Sequence record: PZ809289.1
Origin: a phage
DNA: 64,000 nt
Strand: one strand, 5' to 3'
This document shows positions 46,078-55,379 of this stretch, in pieces. The translations under genes and the position numbers were made by a program. The notes under the pieces were generated by a model. The model saw only the letters and a program-made list of their open reading frames with translations, was not told the DNA's origin and made no database searches. Positions within the stretch are counted from its first letter, which is position 1; each line of letters starts with the position of its first letter.

Positions 46078-46139
46078 GTGTTTACATACCACAAGGAACG
46101 TGGTAGTATCCTTCCTATCAACTACATGAGGAAATTACA

Positions 46140-46376
46140 ATGGAAGCTTTAATCGTTAGTGCTGGTGTTTTAGGATTCGGTTCTCTGGTTATTATGTTCA
46201 TCGGTTACTTTTTACCATGGATTCTGGCTCTTCTGCGAGGCACTCGTAGTAATGTAGGAATTTTCTTCCTTAATCTCCTGTTAGGCTGGACGATGATTGG
46301 TTGGGTAGTGGCTTTAATCTGGGCTATCGTCGCTGAACGTAAATCAAACGCACAAATCATTATTGTTAAACAATGA
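46140..46376 (+). CDS. imm: superinfection immunity protein Imm-like
   Basis: 78 aa, two transmembrane helices, GWTMIGWVVALIWA motif; directly downstream of gene 43. Confidence 0.7.
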   Translation: MEALIVSAGVLGFGSLVIMFIGYFLPWILALLRGTRSNVGIFFLNLLLGWTMIGWVVALIWAIVAERKSNAQIIIVKQ

Positions 46377-46399
46377 AAATAATTGTTTTATTTCTTATA

Positions 46400-46510
46400 A
46401 TGGCTGCCTTTACCGTTTATTGGGCAGTGGCAATTCCGCCAATGATTCCGACACTCATCATTGGATGGATTATTCTTATAGCACAAATTAAGTATAACTG
46501 TTTTAATTGA
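46400..46510 (+). CDS. small hydrophobic peptide (36 aa)
   Basis: Not in track; single transmembrane helix; weak SD. Confidence 0.25.
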   Translation: MAAFTVYWAVAIPPMIPTLIIGWIILIAQIKYNCFN

Positions 46511-46517
46511 GGATATT

Positions 46518-47018
46518 ATGAAAAAGTTAATTATCGCAATGAGTATGCTCCTATCAGGTTGCGCGGTCCAATATGGTGATACAGTTTCGGCCGATGAAGT
46601 TGGTAAAGCTCGTATCGCAGCTGAACAGAAACAATTCGATGGCGAAATGAAATTCCGTGCAGGTTCTGGACTTGTGTACACCCGAGCTAATAATCAATGC
46701 GGTAATAACTGTGCAAAATATGCTCAACAAGAAATCGAATTCCAACGTGAACAAGAGTCCAAGCGTGAAGCGGTACTAGCCAAACACCAGGCAGAAATGA
46801 AGCGTCAAGATGATTTGTACAAAAAGCAGAAACTGTATGCGATGTGCGTAAACCATATCAATCTACAGATTTCCATCCACGAGGCTCGTTATTACGAAAT
46901 GCTCGAAACCGAGAGCTTCGGTAAAGCTCGTGATTATAAGAAACAAATCGATAAGCTCAAGACCAAAGTACCGGCGGCAATAGAACAGTGTATTGAAATC
47001 GGTAAAGATAAGATTTAA
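46518..47018 (+). CDS. lipoprotein
   Basis: Signal peptide with lipobox LLSGC; charged coiled-coil mature region. Confidence 0.6.
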   Translation: MKKLIIAMSMLLSGCAVQYGDTVSADEVGKARIAAEQKQFDGEMKFRAGSGLVYTRANNQCGNNCAKYAQQEIEFQREQESKREAVLAKHQAEMKRQDDLYKKQKLYAMCVNHINLQISIHEARYYEMLETESFGKARDYKKQIDKLKTKVPAAIEQCIEIGKDKI

Positions 47019-47078
47019 GCAATACCAATTTATTAAAAATAGTGTATAATGTACCTACATTCACTTGAGGAACAGATA

Positions 47079-48752
47079 ATGAAAAAGGTTGTTATTTTAG
47101 GCGCGGGTCTTGGCTCACGGTTGTATCCAATTACCAACGAAATCCCGAAGGTACTGGTTAACTACAAACAACATACTGTATTAAAACATTTGTATGATTT
47201 GTATAGTAATCAATCAGATGAAATTATTCTGGTTATTCACAGCAAATTTAACGACCTCGTTAAAGGCTATATTAAATCCATTAACATGATTAATAGTGAT
47301 AAGCCTAAATTCACTATTCGTAACGTTGATGTTGCCAATGGTTCGGCTCATGCTATCGATTGCATTGCTGAAGATATCATTGGGCACAATGTCTTGTTTA
47401 ACTGGTGTGATATTATTCCTGAAGGTCATAAAGTTGAGTGGGATACCGACTACTGTTATACCTATGGGACCGACTGTCGTTTTACATTTGAAGAACCGTA
47501 CTTGCGTGAAATTGGTACCGGTGGTGGCGTAGTTGGCTTGTATCAGGTGGCTAATTGGACAGGTTTCGACCGTTCTAATTATGGTGAAGACCTTGCTGAC
47601 AACCTGGATTCAATGGTCCATTTGACTGAACGTAAGTTAGACTTTGTAGTTGATGTTGGTGACAAACTGAAACTGGCTAAGGCCCATGAAGATTCTGAAA
47701 TTAACCGTGAATTTAATAAATTAGAGTTCACTGAGAATCTAGCTATTAAAGTACCTACAAACGAATTAGGTAAAGAAATCCAATCTAAAGAAATCAATTG
47801 GTACAATTCTATTGATTCTGAATTCGTTCCTAGCATTGTAGACTTTGCTCCAGGTGAATTCATTAAAATGGAACGTATCTTTGGTCGAACCATGGCAGAT
47901 GCCTACCGGTTTATGTCTAAAGAAACTAAAGTCCTAATGGTTTATAAGGTTATTAGTGCATTACGTTCGTTCGGTGGAACTATCGATAATCCGTCCGATG
48001 AGCAATGGTATTCTGATGTTAAGAAAGAAGTATTGGACAAGGTCCTTATTCGTAATGCTTCTATTGCCGGATTGATTGAAGGCTTTGCTCCACAGGGTAT
48101 TACCCATGTTAACGACTTCAAGGTAGGCGACCCAGAAAAACTTCTTCGTCACGCCTTAGAAATTCTGTCTGAACATAAAGAACCGTACCAACTTATTCAT
48201 GGCGACCCGCACTACAGTAATATTATGTTGTCGGACGAAGGTAATATTAAAATCATCGACCCACGTGGTTATTTTGGTAATAGTTCTAAAGGCCCTGCGA
48301 TTTATGATGAAGCTAAGGTGCTTTATTCTATCGATGGTTATGACAAATTTAACTCTGACCCTCTATGGGGTGGCTTAACTCGTAACGGAACTCGTGTATT
48401 CGTTGATATTGAAAAGGTTATGCCTTTAGATGATATTCCGATGTGTACATTTAAGCACAAGCTCTGGATTGCTGTTATCTGGATGGCATTGGCAGGTTAC
48501 TTTAAAAATAACCCTCTGAAAGCTCTGGGCGCTTATTACAATGGGCTATATCAACTGAGTGTGCTGCTGAAGCGGCATCCTCGTAAGCGTAAGCTTATCA
48601 CAGGTGAATTCGTTGATGAAGTTCGCGACCCTATCACGGCTCAAATTATCACTCGTTGTCCTGATAAGTGGGTTTTGCTTGACCAGGAAACTGGTGTAAA
48701 ATATAAACCTACAGGTTCTACCGAACTCCACAAACAATGGAAGAAAATTTAA
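47079..48752 (+). CDS. bifunctional sugar-1-phosphate nucleotidyltransferase / APH-fold kinase
   Basis: N-terminal ILGAGLGSRLYPITNEIPKVLV (RmlA/GlmU-type); C-terminal LIHGDPHYSNIML and IKIIDPRG (Brenner motif); ATG 47079 after GAGGAACAG. Confidence 0.7.
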   Translation: MKKVVILGAGLGSRLYPITNEIPKVLVNYKQHTVLKHLYDLYSNQSDEIILVIHSKFNDLVKGYIKSINMINSDKPKFTIRNVDVANGSAHAIDCIAEDIIGHNVLFNWCDIIPEGHKVEWDTDYCYTYGTDCRFTFEEPYLREIGTGGGVVGLYQVANWTGFDRSNYGEDLADNLDSMVHLTERKLDFVVDVGDKLKLAKAHEDSEINREFNKLEFTENLAIKVPTNELGKEIQSKEINWYNSIDSEFVPSIVDFAPGEFIKMERIFGRTMADAYRFMSKETKVLMVYKVISALRSFGGTIDNPSDEQWYSDVKKEVLDKVLIRNASIAGLIEGFAPQGITHVNDFKVGDPEKLLRHALEILSEHKEPYQLIHGDPHYSNIMLSDEGNIKIIDPRGYFGNSSKGPAIYDEAKVLYSIDGYDKFNSDPLWGGLTRNGTRVFVDIEKVMPLDDIPMCTFKHKLWIAVIWMALAGYFKNNPLKALGAYYNGLYQLSVLLKRHPRKRKLITGEFVDEVRDPITAQIITRCPDKWVLLDQETGVKYKPTGSTELHKQWKKI

Positions 48753-49111
48753 TGCATCTGTGTTTTGATATCGATAATACCATTACTCACTGGCAAGATG
48801 ACCGTGATTACGAAAACTTTAAACCGGACACCGAAATGGTGTCCATGATTAATAAGCTTTATGATGAAGGGTACGAGATTACCTTGTTCACTGCCCGTGG
48901 TATGACTTCATGCGGCCCGGGTCGAATCTTGGTTGAAGTAGTTCCTGCATTAGTTAAGAACCTTGAAAAGATTGGATTGAAATATCACAATCTGCTTACA
49001 CATAAGCCGAGTTATACTTTTATCATCGATGACCGAGCAATCCGTCCTGACCACTTTAAAGAAATGGTTCGTGAAGGAACTCTTGAAACCTATAAGGCAT
49101 ATCATCCGTGA
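48752..49111 (+). CDS. HAD-superfamily phosphatase
   Basis: Motif I FDIDNTIT (DxDxT) at N-terminus, downstream TARG and IIDD; TAATG overlap. Confidence 0.65.
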   Translation: MHLCFDIDNTITHWQDDRDYENFKPDTEMVSMINKLYDEGYEITLFTARGMTSCGPGRILVEVVPALVKNLEKIGLKYHNLLTHKPSYTFIIDDRAIRPDHFKEMVREGTLETYKAYHP

Positions 49112-49644
49112 AACCAAAAATCATTGTTATCGACGGCCCGGATAATTCCGGGAAGTCTACTTTAATTGAATCACTTTTATCTGATAAGAAATATCGTCTT
49201 ATTGATTTCCCTAAAAAGATTAATGGCAAATGCATTTCATTAGGGACTGATAATGACAAGGCTTTAGTCGAGACGTTGTATAAGTTTTTAGACCCTAATT
49301 TTGTCTACATCTTAGACCGTGGGTATCCTAGTAATATTGTTTACTCTGGATTCCTTCGTGGTGAAATGGACCCTTATGTAGAACTGGAAGATTGGAAAGG
49401 GTTTAAATCTGAATTCAATATTATTGAGGTTATTTTAACCCGTAATCCACTGGATAAAGACTTTGAAGATGACCTTATTAAATTAACCAAAGACGAGTTC
49501 AACCTAACTATCCGGCAATATGAAACATGTTTTGAAAACGTGTTTAAAATCTTAAATCACGACGGCCATAATAACTTGCTTAACGTCGATATGGTAGAAT
49601 TAAAACGTCTGAATGAATATATTGAAAATAAGGTGAATAAATGA
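49108..49644 (+). CDS. P-loop nucleotide kinase (dNMP/thymidylate-kinase-like)
   Basis: Walker A IVIDGPDNSGKST, DRG-Y motif; ATGA overlap. Confidence 0.6.
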   Translation: MKPKIIVIDGPDNSGKSTLIESLLSDKKYRLIDFPKKINGKCISLGTDNDKALVETLYKFLDPNFVYILDRGYPSNIVYSGFLRGEMDPYVELEDWKGFKSEFNIIEVILTRNPLDKDFEDDLIKLTKDEFNLTIRQYETCFENVFKILNHDGHNNLLNVDMVELKRLNEYIENKVNK

Positions 49645-50339
49645 AACACATTACCGCTGTTAGTTTTGAAAACGCGTTTAAGCAAATGAACGAAGAAATC
49701 CTGGAAGCCCCACAGTTTGCAGTTGATTCTCGTATCGGCCGTTGTTATGAAATTGGTTCTGCTTCGGTAGAAGTACTGGATGCAAGCACCTATAAATTCA
49801 CCGACCCTCGTATTAATCGTATCAACTATGATTATGCCGAATCTTTCTGGAAGTTTATGATTTCTGGTGGTACTGACGCCGCCGAAGCATTTAAGGAATA
49901 CCCTAATGTTGCTAAGTTCATTGATAAGCCGAAAAGTGACGTATTGCCTGCAAACTTCAACACTTTCTATGGACCTAGAATTGTGGCCCAACTCCCAGCC
50001 TTACTTAAAGAGCTTAAAGAGAAGCCTAACTCAAGACGAGTTGTGTTCCAAATTCTCCAAGAACAAGACCAAGCCCTCCTTGATTCTGACGAATCCTTAG
50101 AATATCCATGTACTGATTCAGTGACATATTATATTCGTGATGGACGTCTTTATGCACATACCCATATGCGTTCACAGAACTGTGCTATTGTTATGCAGCT
50201 GGATTTCTATCTGCAGGGTAAACTGATGGCCTTTATTGCTGAACAGTGTGGTGTTGGTCTGGGTACGTATTCCCATACTATGGTTAGTGCACACGTATTT
50301 GAACGTGATTTTGACTACGTTCGAGGATTCCTGAAATGA
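49641..50339 (+). CDS. 42: pyrimidine hydroxymethylase of thymidylate-synthase family (gp42-like)
   Basis: CTDSVTYYIRDGRLYAHTHMRSQNCAIVMQLDFY aligns with the T4 gp42 active-site region; ATGA overlap. Confidence 0.75.
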   Translation: MKHITAVSFENAFKQMNEEILEAPQFAVDSRIGRCYEIGSASVEVLDASTYKFTDPRINRINYDYAESFWKFMISGGTDAAEAFKEYPNVAKFIDKPKSDVLPANFNTFYGPRIVAQLPALLKELKEKPNSRRVVFQILQEQDQALLDSDESLEYPCTDSVTYYIRDGRLYAHTHMRSQNCAIVMQLDFYLQGKLMAFIAEQCGVGLGTYSHTMVSAHVFERDFDYVRGFLK

Positions 50340-51229
50340 GTTTGTTTATCGTTCCTATTTTCAGTATGCGTAGTTACGAAACAGGTGAATATGCCGTCCT
50401 TAAGGACGGCAATTTTCAACTCCATTTAAACCGTGCTTGCCCAGGTGATTATCTGGCTTATCCTAGAAATTCGAGCGATATCAAAGAATGCATTGAATTA
50501 TTTCCTGAACTGAATTTTGTACCTCTTTGGTATAAAGAAAATGCTTATGAAACTCGTAAACATTTTTGGTCTGAAAATGAGTTCGTTGTTGATTCGTTAA
50601 TCGAATACTATGACTGCTCAGGATTGGTAACCGATATCACAGGTTATGATGGTGCTCATACCGTACAATTCAACTTTAACATTACAATGGACCCTGAAGT
50701 TCCTCGTTATTACATCGATGAGTTTATTGATACCGACGTGGGTTCAGTTGAACGTTCGATTTATACTACAGTCTTGAATCAATGTCAGAAAGACGTCCTG
50801 GTGTCACGAGGTGCGTCCTCTGATAAGATTTTTGTAGACCAAAAGGTAATTAATCCGGCAGTAATTGAGCGTTACTCTGAAGGTCTAGCGCCTATTAAAA
50901 TTGATGGTATTTTCCATCCATTCCGTATCTCTGATAAATGTTATCAATTCGAAAGAGTTGTAGACCAAGCTGCGGCTGAAGGTTCTCGCCTTTATATCAC
51001 CGATCCGAATGATTCATTTAAGCGTGAAGACTATCGTCCTGATGTAGAGATTATTAAATTCAAACCGAGTAAGGTTGAATATTATCAGATTCTGAAATCA
51101 AGACCTCATATCATTTATCATGAGAATCCCGGTTTAGTATTCCATCCTGGTCTGGCTGAATTCATTTATTTCGGTGCCCACATCCATTCTGAGCACGAAA
51201 TGCCAAGTTATGAGGACGTGGTCCTTTAA
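50336..51229 (+). CDS. putative DNA glycosyltransferase (occupies beta-gt position, not beta-gt-like)
   Basis: 297 aa ORF between gp42-like gene and uvsX, ATGA coupled to gene 42; no motif recognised by eye. Confidence 0.4.
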   Translation: MSLFIVPIFSMRSYETGEYAVLKDGNFQLHLNRACPGDYLAYPRNSSDIKECIELFPELNFVPLWYKENAYETRKHFWSENEFVVDSLIEYYDCSGLVTDITGYDGAHTVQFNFNITMDPEVPRYYIDEFIDTDVGSVERSIYTTVLNQCQKDVLVSRGASSDKIFVDQKVINPAVIERYSEGLAPIKIDGIFHPFRISDKCYQFERVVDQAAAEGSRLYITDPNDSFKREDYRPDVEIIKFKPSKVEYYQILKSRPHIIYHENPGLVFHPGLAEFIYFGAHIHSEHEMPSYEDVVL

Positions 51230-51306
51230 CGCTGTAAATGTGAAGTGATATAATTACCCTATCTTAAAACGTGAGTAAAATATAATGATGCCTATGGAAA
51301 AATATA

Positions 51307-52479
51307 ATGTCTGATTTAAAATCCCGTTTGATTAAAGCTTCTACTTCTAAAATGACCGCCGACCTGACCAAATCTAAATTGTTTAATGGTCGTGACGAAG
51401 TTCCTACTCGTATCCCTATGCTGAATATTGCATTGGGCGGTGCGTTGAATGCAGGCTTACAATCAGGTTTGACAATCTTTGCTGCTCCATCTAAACACTT
51501 TAAAACGTTGTTTGGACTTACCATGGTTGCGGCATATATGAAGAAATATCCAGACGCAATTTGTTTGTTCTATGACTCTGAGTTTGGTGCTTCAGAATCT
51601 TATTTCCGTTCGATGGGTGTTGATTTGGAACGTGTGGTTCATACACCAATCCAGTCAGTCGAACAGCTTAAAGTTGATATGACCAACCAGTTAGAAGAAA
51701 TTACTCGTGGCGAAAAGGTTATTATCTTTATCGACTCCATTGGTAACACTGCTTCTAAGAAAGAAACCGAAGATGCTTTGAACGAGAAAGTTGTAGGTGA
51801 TATGACCCGTGCTAAGTCACTGAAATCTCTGTTCCGTATCGTAACACCTTATCTGACTATCAAAGATATCCCTTGTGTAGCAATCAACCACACGGCTATG
51901 GAAATTGGTGGAATGTACCCTAAAGAGATTATGGGTGGTGGTACTGGTATTCTGTACTCTGCTTCTACCGTGTTCTTTATCTCTAAACGTCAGGTTAAAG
52001 ATGGTACTGAGCTCACTGGTTATGACTTCACACTGAAGGCCGAGAAATCTCGTACGGTTAAAGAGAAATCAACGTTCCCGATTACAGTGAACTTCGAAGG
52101 TGGTATCGACCCATTCAGTGGATTGCTTGAAATGGCTACTGATATTGGCTTTGTCGTGAAACCTAAAGCTGGCTGGTATAATCGTGCATTCCTTGACGAA
52201 ACCACAGGCGAAATGGTTCAAGAAGAAAAAGCATGGCGTGCTAAAGCTACCGATTGTGTCGAGTTCTGGGGACCGCTGTTTAAACATGCCCCGTTCCGTG
52301 AAGCAATCGAGAATAAGTATAAGCTCGGTGCAATTAATTCTATTAAAGAAGTTGACGATGCAGTGAACGACCTTATTAACTCTCGTGTCTCTAAGAACGT
52401 TGCTGTTAAATTAGGTGGTAATGCCCAAAGCGCCGCTGATATCGAAAACGATTTGGAAGAGATGAATTTAGATGACTGA
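51307..52479 (+). CDS. uvsX: recombinase UvsX (RecA-like)
   Basis: MSDLKSRLIKASTSK..., Walker A region, FIDSIGN..., colinear with T4 UvsX. Confidence 0.95.
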   Translation: MSDLKSRLIKASTSKMTADLTKSKLFNGRDEVPTRIPMLNIALGGALNAGLQSGLTIFAAPSKHFKTLFGLTMVAAYMKKYPDAICLFYDSEFGASESYFRSMGVDLERVVHTPIQSVEQLKVDMTNQLEEITRGEKVIIFIDSIGNTASKKETEDALNEKVVGDMTRAKSLKSLFRIVTPYLTIKDIPCVAINHTAMEIGGMYPKEIMGGGTGILYSASTVFFISKRQVKDGTELTGYDFTLKAEKSRTVKEKSTFPITVNFEGGIDPFSGLLEMATDIGFVVKPKAGWYNRAFLDETTGEMVQEEKAWRAKATDCVEFWGPLFKHAPFREAIENKYKLGAINSIKEVDDAVNDLINSRVSKNVAVKLGGNAQSAADIENDLEEMNLDD

Positions 52480-52801
52480 TTTATCTGATTTAGATAATTT
52501 CGTTAAAGATACCGAAGAGGGTCCTAGTGACCCTCGTTATTATGAGAAATCATTAGATATAATCCGTAAGTCAATGGGTTCTGTTAAGCAGGAAATTATG
52601 CTTACTTTACCCGATGGCACTGCTCACATCGTTTATGTGATGAATATTGTTATTGAGAAAGATGGAAAAGTGTCGGTTGATTTCGGAACACCTTCCGAAG
52701 ACCGAAAAGAAGAGCTGGCGCTTCATGTAGAAAAATGTGTTACAATGCAAATACAAGAAGAACTGGATAAAATTAAATCTAAGAGGTGGTGGAAGTGGTA
52801 G
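52472..52801 (+). CDS. hypothetical protein at gene 40 position
   Basis: 109 aa ORF between uvsX and 41; assigned by synteny only. Confidence 0.45.
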   Translation: MTDLSDLDNFVKDTEEGPSDPRYYEKSLDIIRKSMGSVKQEIMLTLPDGTAHIVYVMNIVIEKDGKVSVDFGTPSEDRKEELALHVEKCVTMQIQEELDKIKSKRWWKW

Positions 52802-54225
52802 AAACTATTTTGGCTCAACTGCTAGGCAATAGTGATTATTTCACTAAGGTCTGGCCTTATATGAATGATTCTTATTTTGACCAGGGTCCTGCAAAGACCC
52901 TTTTCAAAGAAATTAAAAAACATGTCAATGAATATAATGCAGTGCCTTCTAAGAACGCATTGAGCATTGCATTAGATAACAGTACGCTTTCAGAAGTTGA
53001 ACACCAAGGCGCTAAAGAGCTTTTAAGTTCGCTGAATGCCGGACCTGAAGACCAAGAATGGTTGGTTAAAGAGACGGAGAAATACGTTCAGAAAGCAGCG
53101 ATGTATAATGCAACTTCAAAAATCATTGAAATCCAAACTAATGCCGACCTTCCGGTTGAGCAACAAAATAGAAAACTTCCAGGTATTGGTGCTATTCCAG
53201 ATATCATGCGTGATGCATTATCGATTTGTTTCGATTCTGAATTAGGTCATGACTGGATGGATGACTATGAAGAACGATTCAAAAGTTATTCTGATAAAGC
53301 ACGTAAGGTTCCATTCCGTCTTAATATTCTGAATAAGATTACCAAGGGTGGTGCTGAGTTTGGTACTGAAAACGTATTGTTGGCAGGAACAAACGTAGGT
53401 AAGTCTCTTGGTCTTTGTTCATTGGCTGCTGATTACCTTCAATCTGGTTACGATGTTCTTTATATCTCCATGGAGATGGCAGAGGAAGTATGTGCTAAGC
53501 GTATCGATGCCAACCTTCTGGACGTGTCGCTGGATGATATCGATGATGGTCACGTCTCGTGGCCTGAATATAAAGCTAAGATGGATAAATGGCGTTCAAC
53601 TGCTACTTTAGGTCGTTTAAAGATTAAACAGTATCCTACTGGCGGTGCTAATGCCGATACATTCCGTGCATTATTAAACGAATACAAGCTCAAACAAAAC
53701 TTTGTCCCTCAGGTTGTTATCGTTGACTACTTGGCTATCTGTGCATCGTCTCGTACGAAAGTTTTCTCTGAAAACAGTTACGGATTGATTAAGATGGTCG
53801 CCGAAGAACTACGTGGACTTGCAGTAGAGAAGAAATTATTGCTGTGGACAGCAGCCCAGACTACTCGTGGTGCGAACGTTGCAGCCGAAATCGATATGGC
53901 CGATATTGCTGAATCCTTTGGTATTGCACATACTGCAGACTTCATGTTAGGTGTGGTCGAGACAGAAGAATTTGCTCAAATGGGTATGCAGATGGTTAAG
54001 CAGCTTAAATCTCGTTATGGTGATAAGAGCTACTACAACAAATTTAAGATTGGTGTTAAGAAAGGAAATCAACGTTGGTATGAAGTTGAAGACGATTCCA
54101 ACCCAGGTCCAGTGAACACGGTACGTGAGGCTACAGGTGAGATGAATCGCCAAGCCGAGGTCAATCGACAGACGCGTGTTAATAGAAGTGATTTGGACGA
54201 TTTAGCAGCATCTATCAAATTTTAA
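52795..54225 (+). CDS. 41: replicative helicase gp41 (DnaB-like)
   Basis: GTNVGKSLGLCSLAADYLQSGYDVLYISMEMAEE, IVDYL, WTAAQ; GTG start 52795 (MVETIL) inferred from alignment to T4 MVEIIL, alternative GTG 52786. Confidence 0.9.
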   Translation: MVETILAQLLGNSDYFTKVWPYMNDSYFDQGPAKTLFKEIKKHVNEYNAVPSKNALSIALDNSTLSEVEHQGAKELLSSLNAGPEDQEWLVKETEKYVQKAAMYNATSKIIEIQTNADLPVEQQNRKLPGIGAIPDIMRDALSICFDSELGHDWMDDYEERFKSYSDKARKVPFRLNILNKITKGGAEFGTENVLLAGTNVGKSLGLCSLAADYLQSGYDVLYISMEMAEEVCAKRIDANLLDVSLDDIDDGHVSWPEYKAKMDKWRSTATLGRLKIKQYPTGGANADTFRALLNEYKLKQNFVPQVVIVDYLAICASSRTKVFSENSYGLIKMVAEELRGLAVEKKLLLWTAAQTTRGANVAAEIDMADIAESFGIAHTADFMLGVVETEEFAQMGMQMVKQLKSRYGDKSYYNKFKIGVKKGNQRWYEVEDDSNPGPVNTVREATGEMNRQAEVNRQTRVNRSDLDDLAASIKF

Positions 54226-54247
54226 GGAGCTTCGGCTCCTTTTTTGT
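54225..54247 (+). terminator. intrinsic terminator
   Basis: AGGAGC-TTCG-GCTCCT followed by TTTTTT. Confidence 0.65.
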
Positions 54248-54255
54248 TTTTAAGG

Positions 54256-54284
54256 GTTTACATCTCCTGTAGGTGTGATACTAT
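54256..54284 (+). promoter_or_regulatory. early promoter cassette
   Basis: GTTTAC 54256-54261, TACTAT 54279-54284, AGACCTATCAA. Confidence 0.6.
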
Positions 54285-54308
54285 AGACCTATCAACTTGG
54301 AGAACAAA

Positions 54309-54626
54309 ATGAAAACCATCGACTGTAAAGCAGAATATAAAGTGTATTATCACGGAAGTTGTAGTGTTGCTAATATCGGTAATATGCTTTGTCCTCCTGA
54401 GGAGACAGGAGTTCTGTCTGAAACTGGTCGTAAGAAAAACCTAAATCGTGTGTTCTTTACTGAAGATATTGGTTTGGCTAAGATTTATGCTGGACGTGCA
54501 GCTCGTTCAGTGGGAGGAGAACCCCGTCTTTATCGTGTAATTGCTCCGGTAGATGTGGTTTGTTTAAATGATACTAAAGGCGCTACGGTTTATCATGCTG
54601 AATGGGCCTTCTGTGAGGAAATCTAA
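54309..54626 (+). CDS. hypothetical protein
   Basis: ATG 54309 after GGAGAACAAA; 105 aa. Confidence 0.5.
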   Translation: MKTIDCKAEYKVYYHGSCSVANIGNMLCPPEETGVLSETGRKKNLNRVFFTEDIGLAKIYAGRAARSVGGEPRLYRVIAPVDVVCLNDTKGATVYHAEWAFCEEI

Positions 54627-54821
54627 ATGTCCAAATTGACTACGGTAAAATTTGTATGCTGTTTTAATAATGATGATACCACTACCAAAGAAGCTTCAGT
54701 ACCTGAAAATGATATTGTGTGGGTGGCTACTCAATTCGCTGAAGTCAATAACATTCTAGTCAAGGCCTATGTTGATGGCGTAGAAGTTTATGAACATGAT
54801 GCACGTATTAAGGAAATCTAA
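54627..54821 (+). CDS. Dmd-like protein (tandem paralog of dmd)
   Basis: 64 aa; V.F..CF.N......KE......DIVWVATQFAEVNNILVKAYVD pattern parallels adjacent dmd. Confidence 0.6.
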   Translation: MSKLTTVKFVCCFNNDDTTTKEASVPENDIVWVATQFAEVNNILVKAYVDGVEVYEHDARIKEI

Positions 54822-55025
54822 ATGCCTAAATTAGAGAAAGTAGTGTTTATTGGTTGGTTTGAAAATGGTAATATGTTTACCAAAGAAACCGTTCTAGATG
54901 TTAGTGACCAAAATATGATTGAATGGGTTACAGTGCAGTATGCAGAAGTGAATAATGCGCTGGTGAAAGCCTTTGTTGATGACAATAAAGTTTTTGAGTG
55001 TGATTATCGTTCTAACGAAAAATAA
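54822..55025 (+). CDS. dmd: Dmd antitoxin (inhibitor of RnlA/LsoA-type toxins)
   Basis: KVVFIGWFENGNMFTKETV...VQYAEVNNALVKAFVDDNKVFECDYR matches my recollection of T4 Dmd. Confidence 0.75.
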   Translation: MPKLEKVVFIGWFENGNMFTKETVLDVSDQNMIEWVTVQYAEVNNALVKAFVDDNKVFECDYRSNEK

Positions 55026-55085
55026 CAGTTTACATCAAAGGGGTAATGTAGTATATTACCCCTATCAACTACCGAGGAGAACATT

Positions 55086-55379
55086 ATGAAAAAGTTATTA
55101 ATCGCAGCAATCCTTACAGTAGCATCATGTGGCACAGCTCCAGTTACGGCTGGATTGGATAAAGACCTTTGTGAATGGTCTATGACTGCAGACCAAGAAT
55201 CGGTTGAACATCAGATTTATGCCGATATCATGAACATCACTAAACGCGACCGCCCTGATATGGCTAAAGAAGTGTCAGACCAATTAGCTTCAGGTGGTGT
55301 TATGCAATATAACCGGAATTTGTATTGTGATGCCAATTTCGATAACAAAAATATCGTTAAAGAGGTGACAGGTGAATAA
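55086..55379 (+). CDS. secreted lipoprotein-like protein (spackle position)
   Basis: 97 aa; signal peptide with ASCG lipobox-like motif; synteny with T4 sp, not confirmed by sequence. Confidence 0.5.
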   Translation: MKKLLIAAILTVASCGTAPVTAGLDKDLCEWSMTADQESVEHQIYADIMNITKRDRPDMAKEVSDQLASGGVMQYNRNLYCDANFDNKNIVKEVTGE

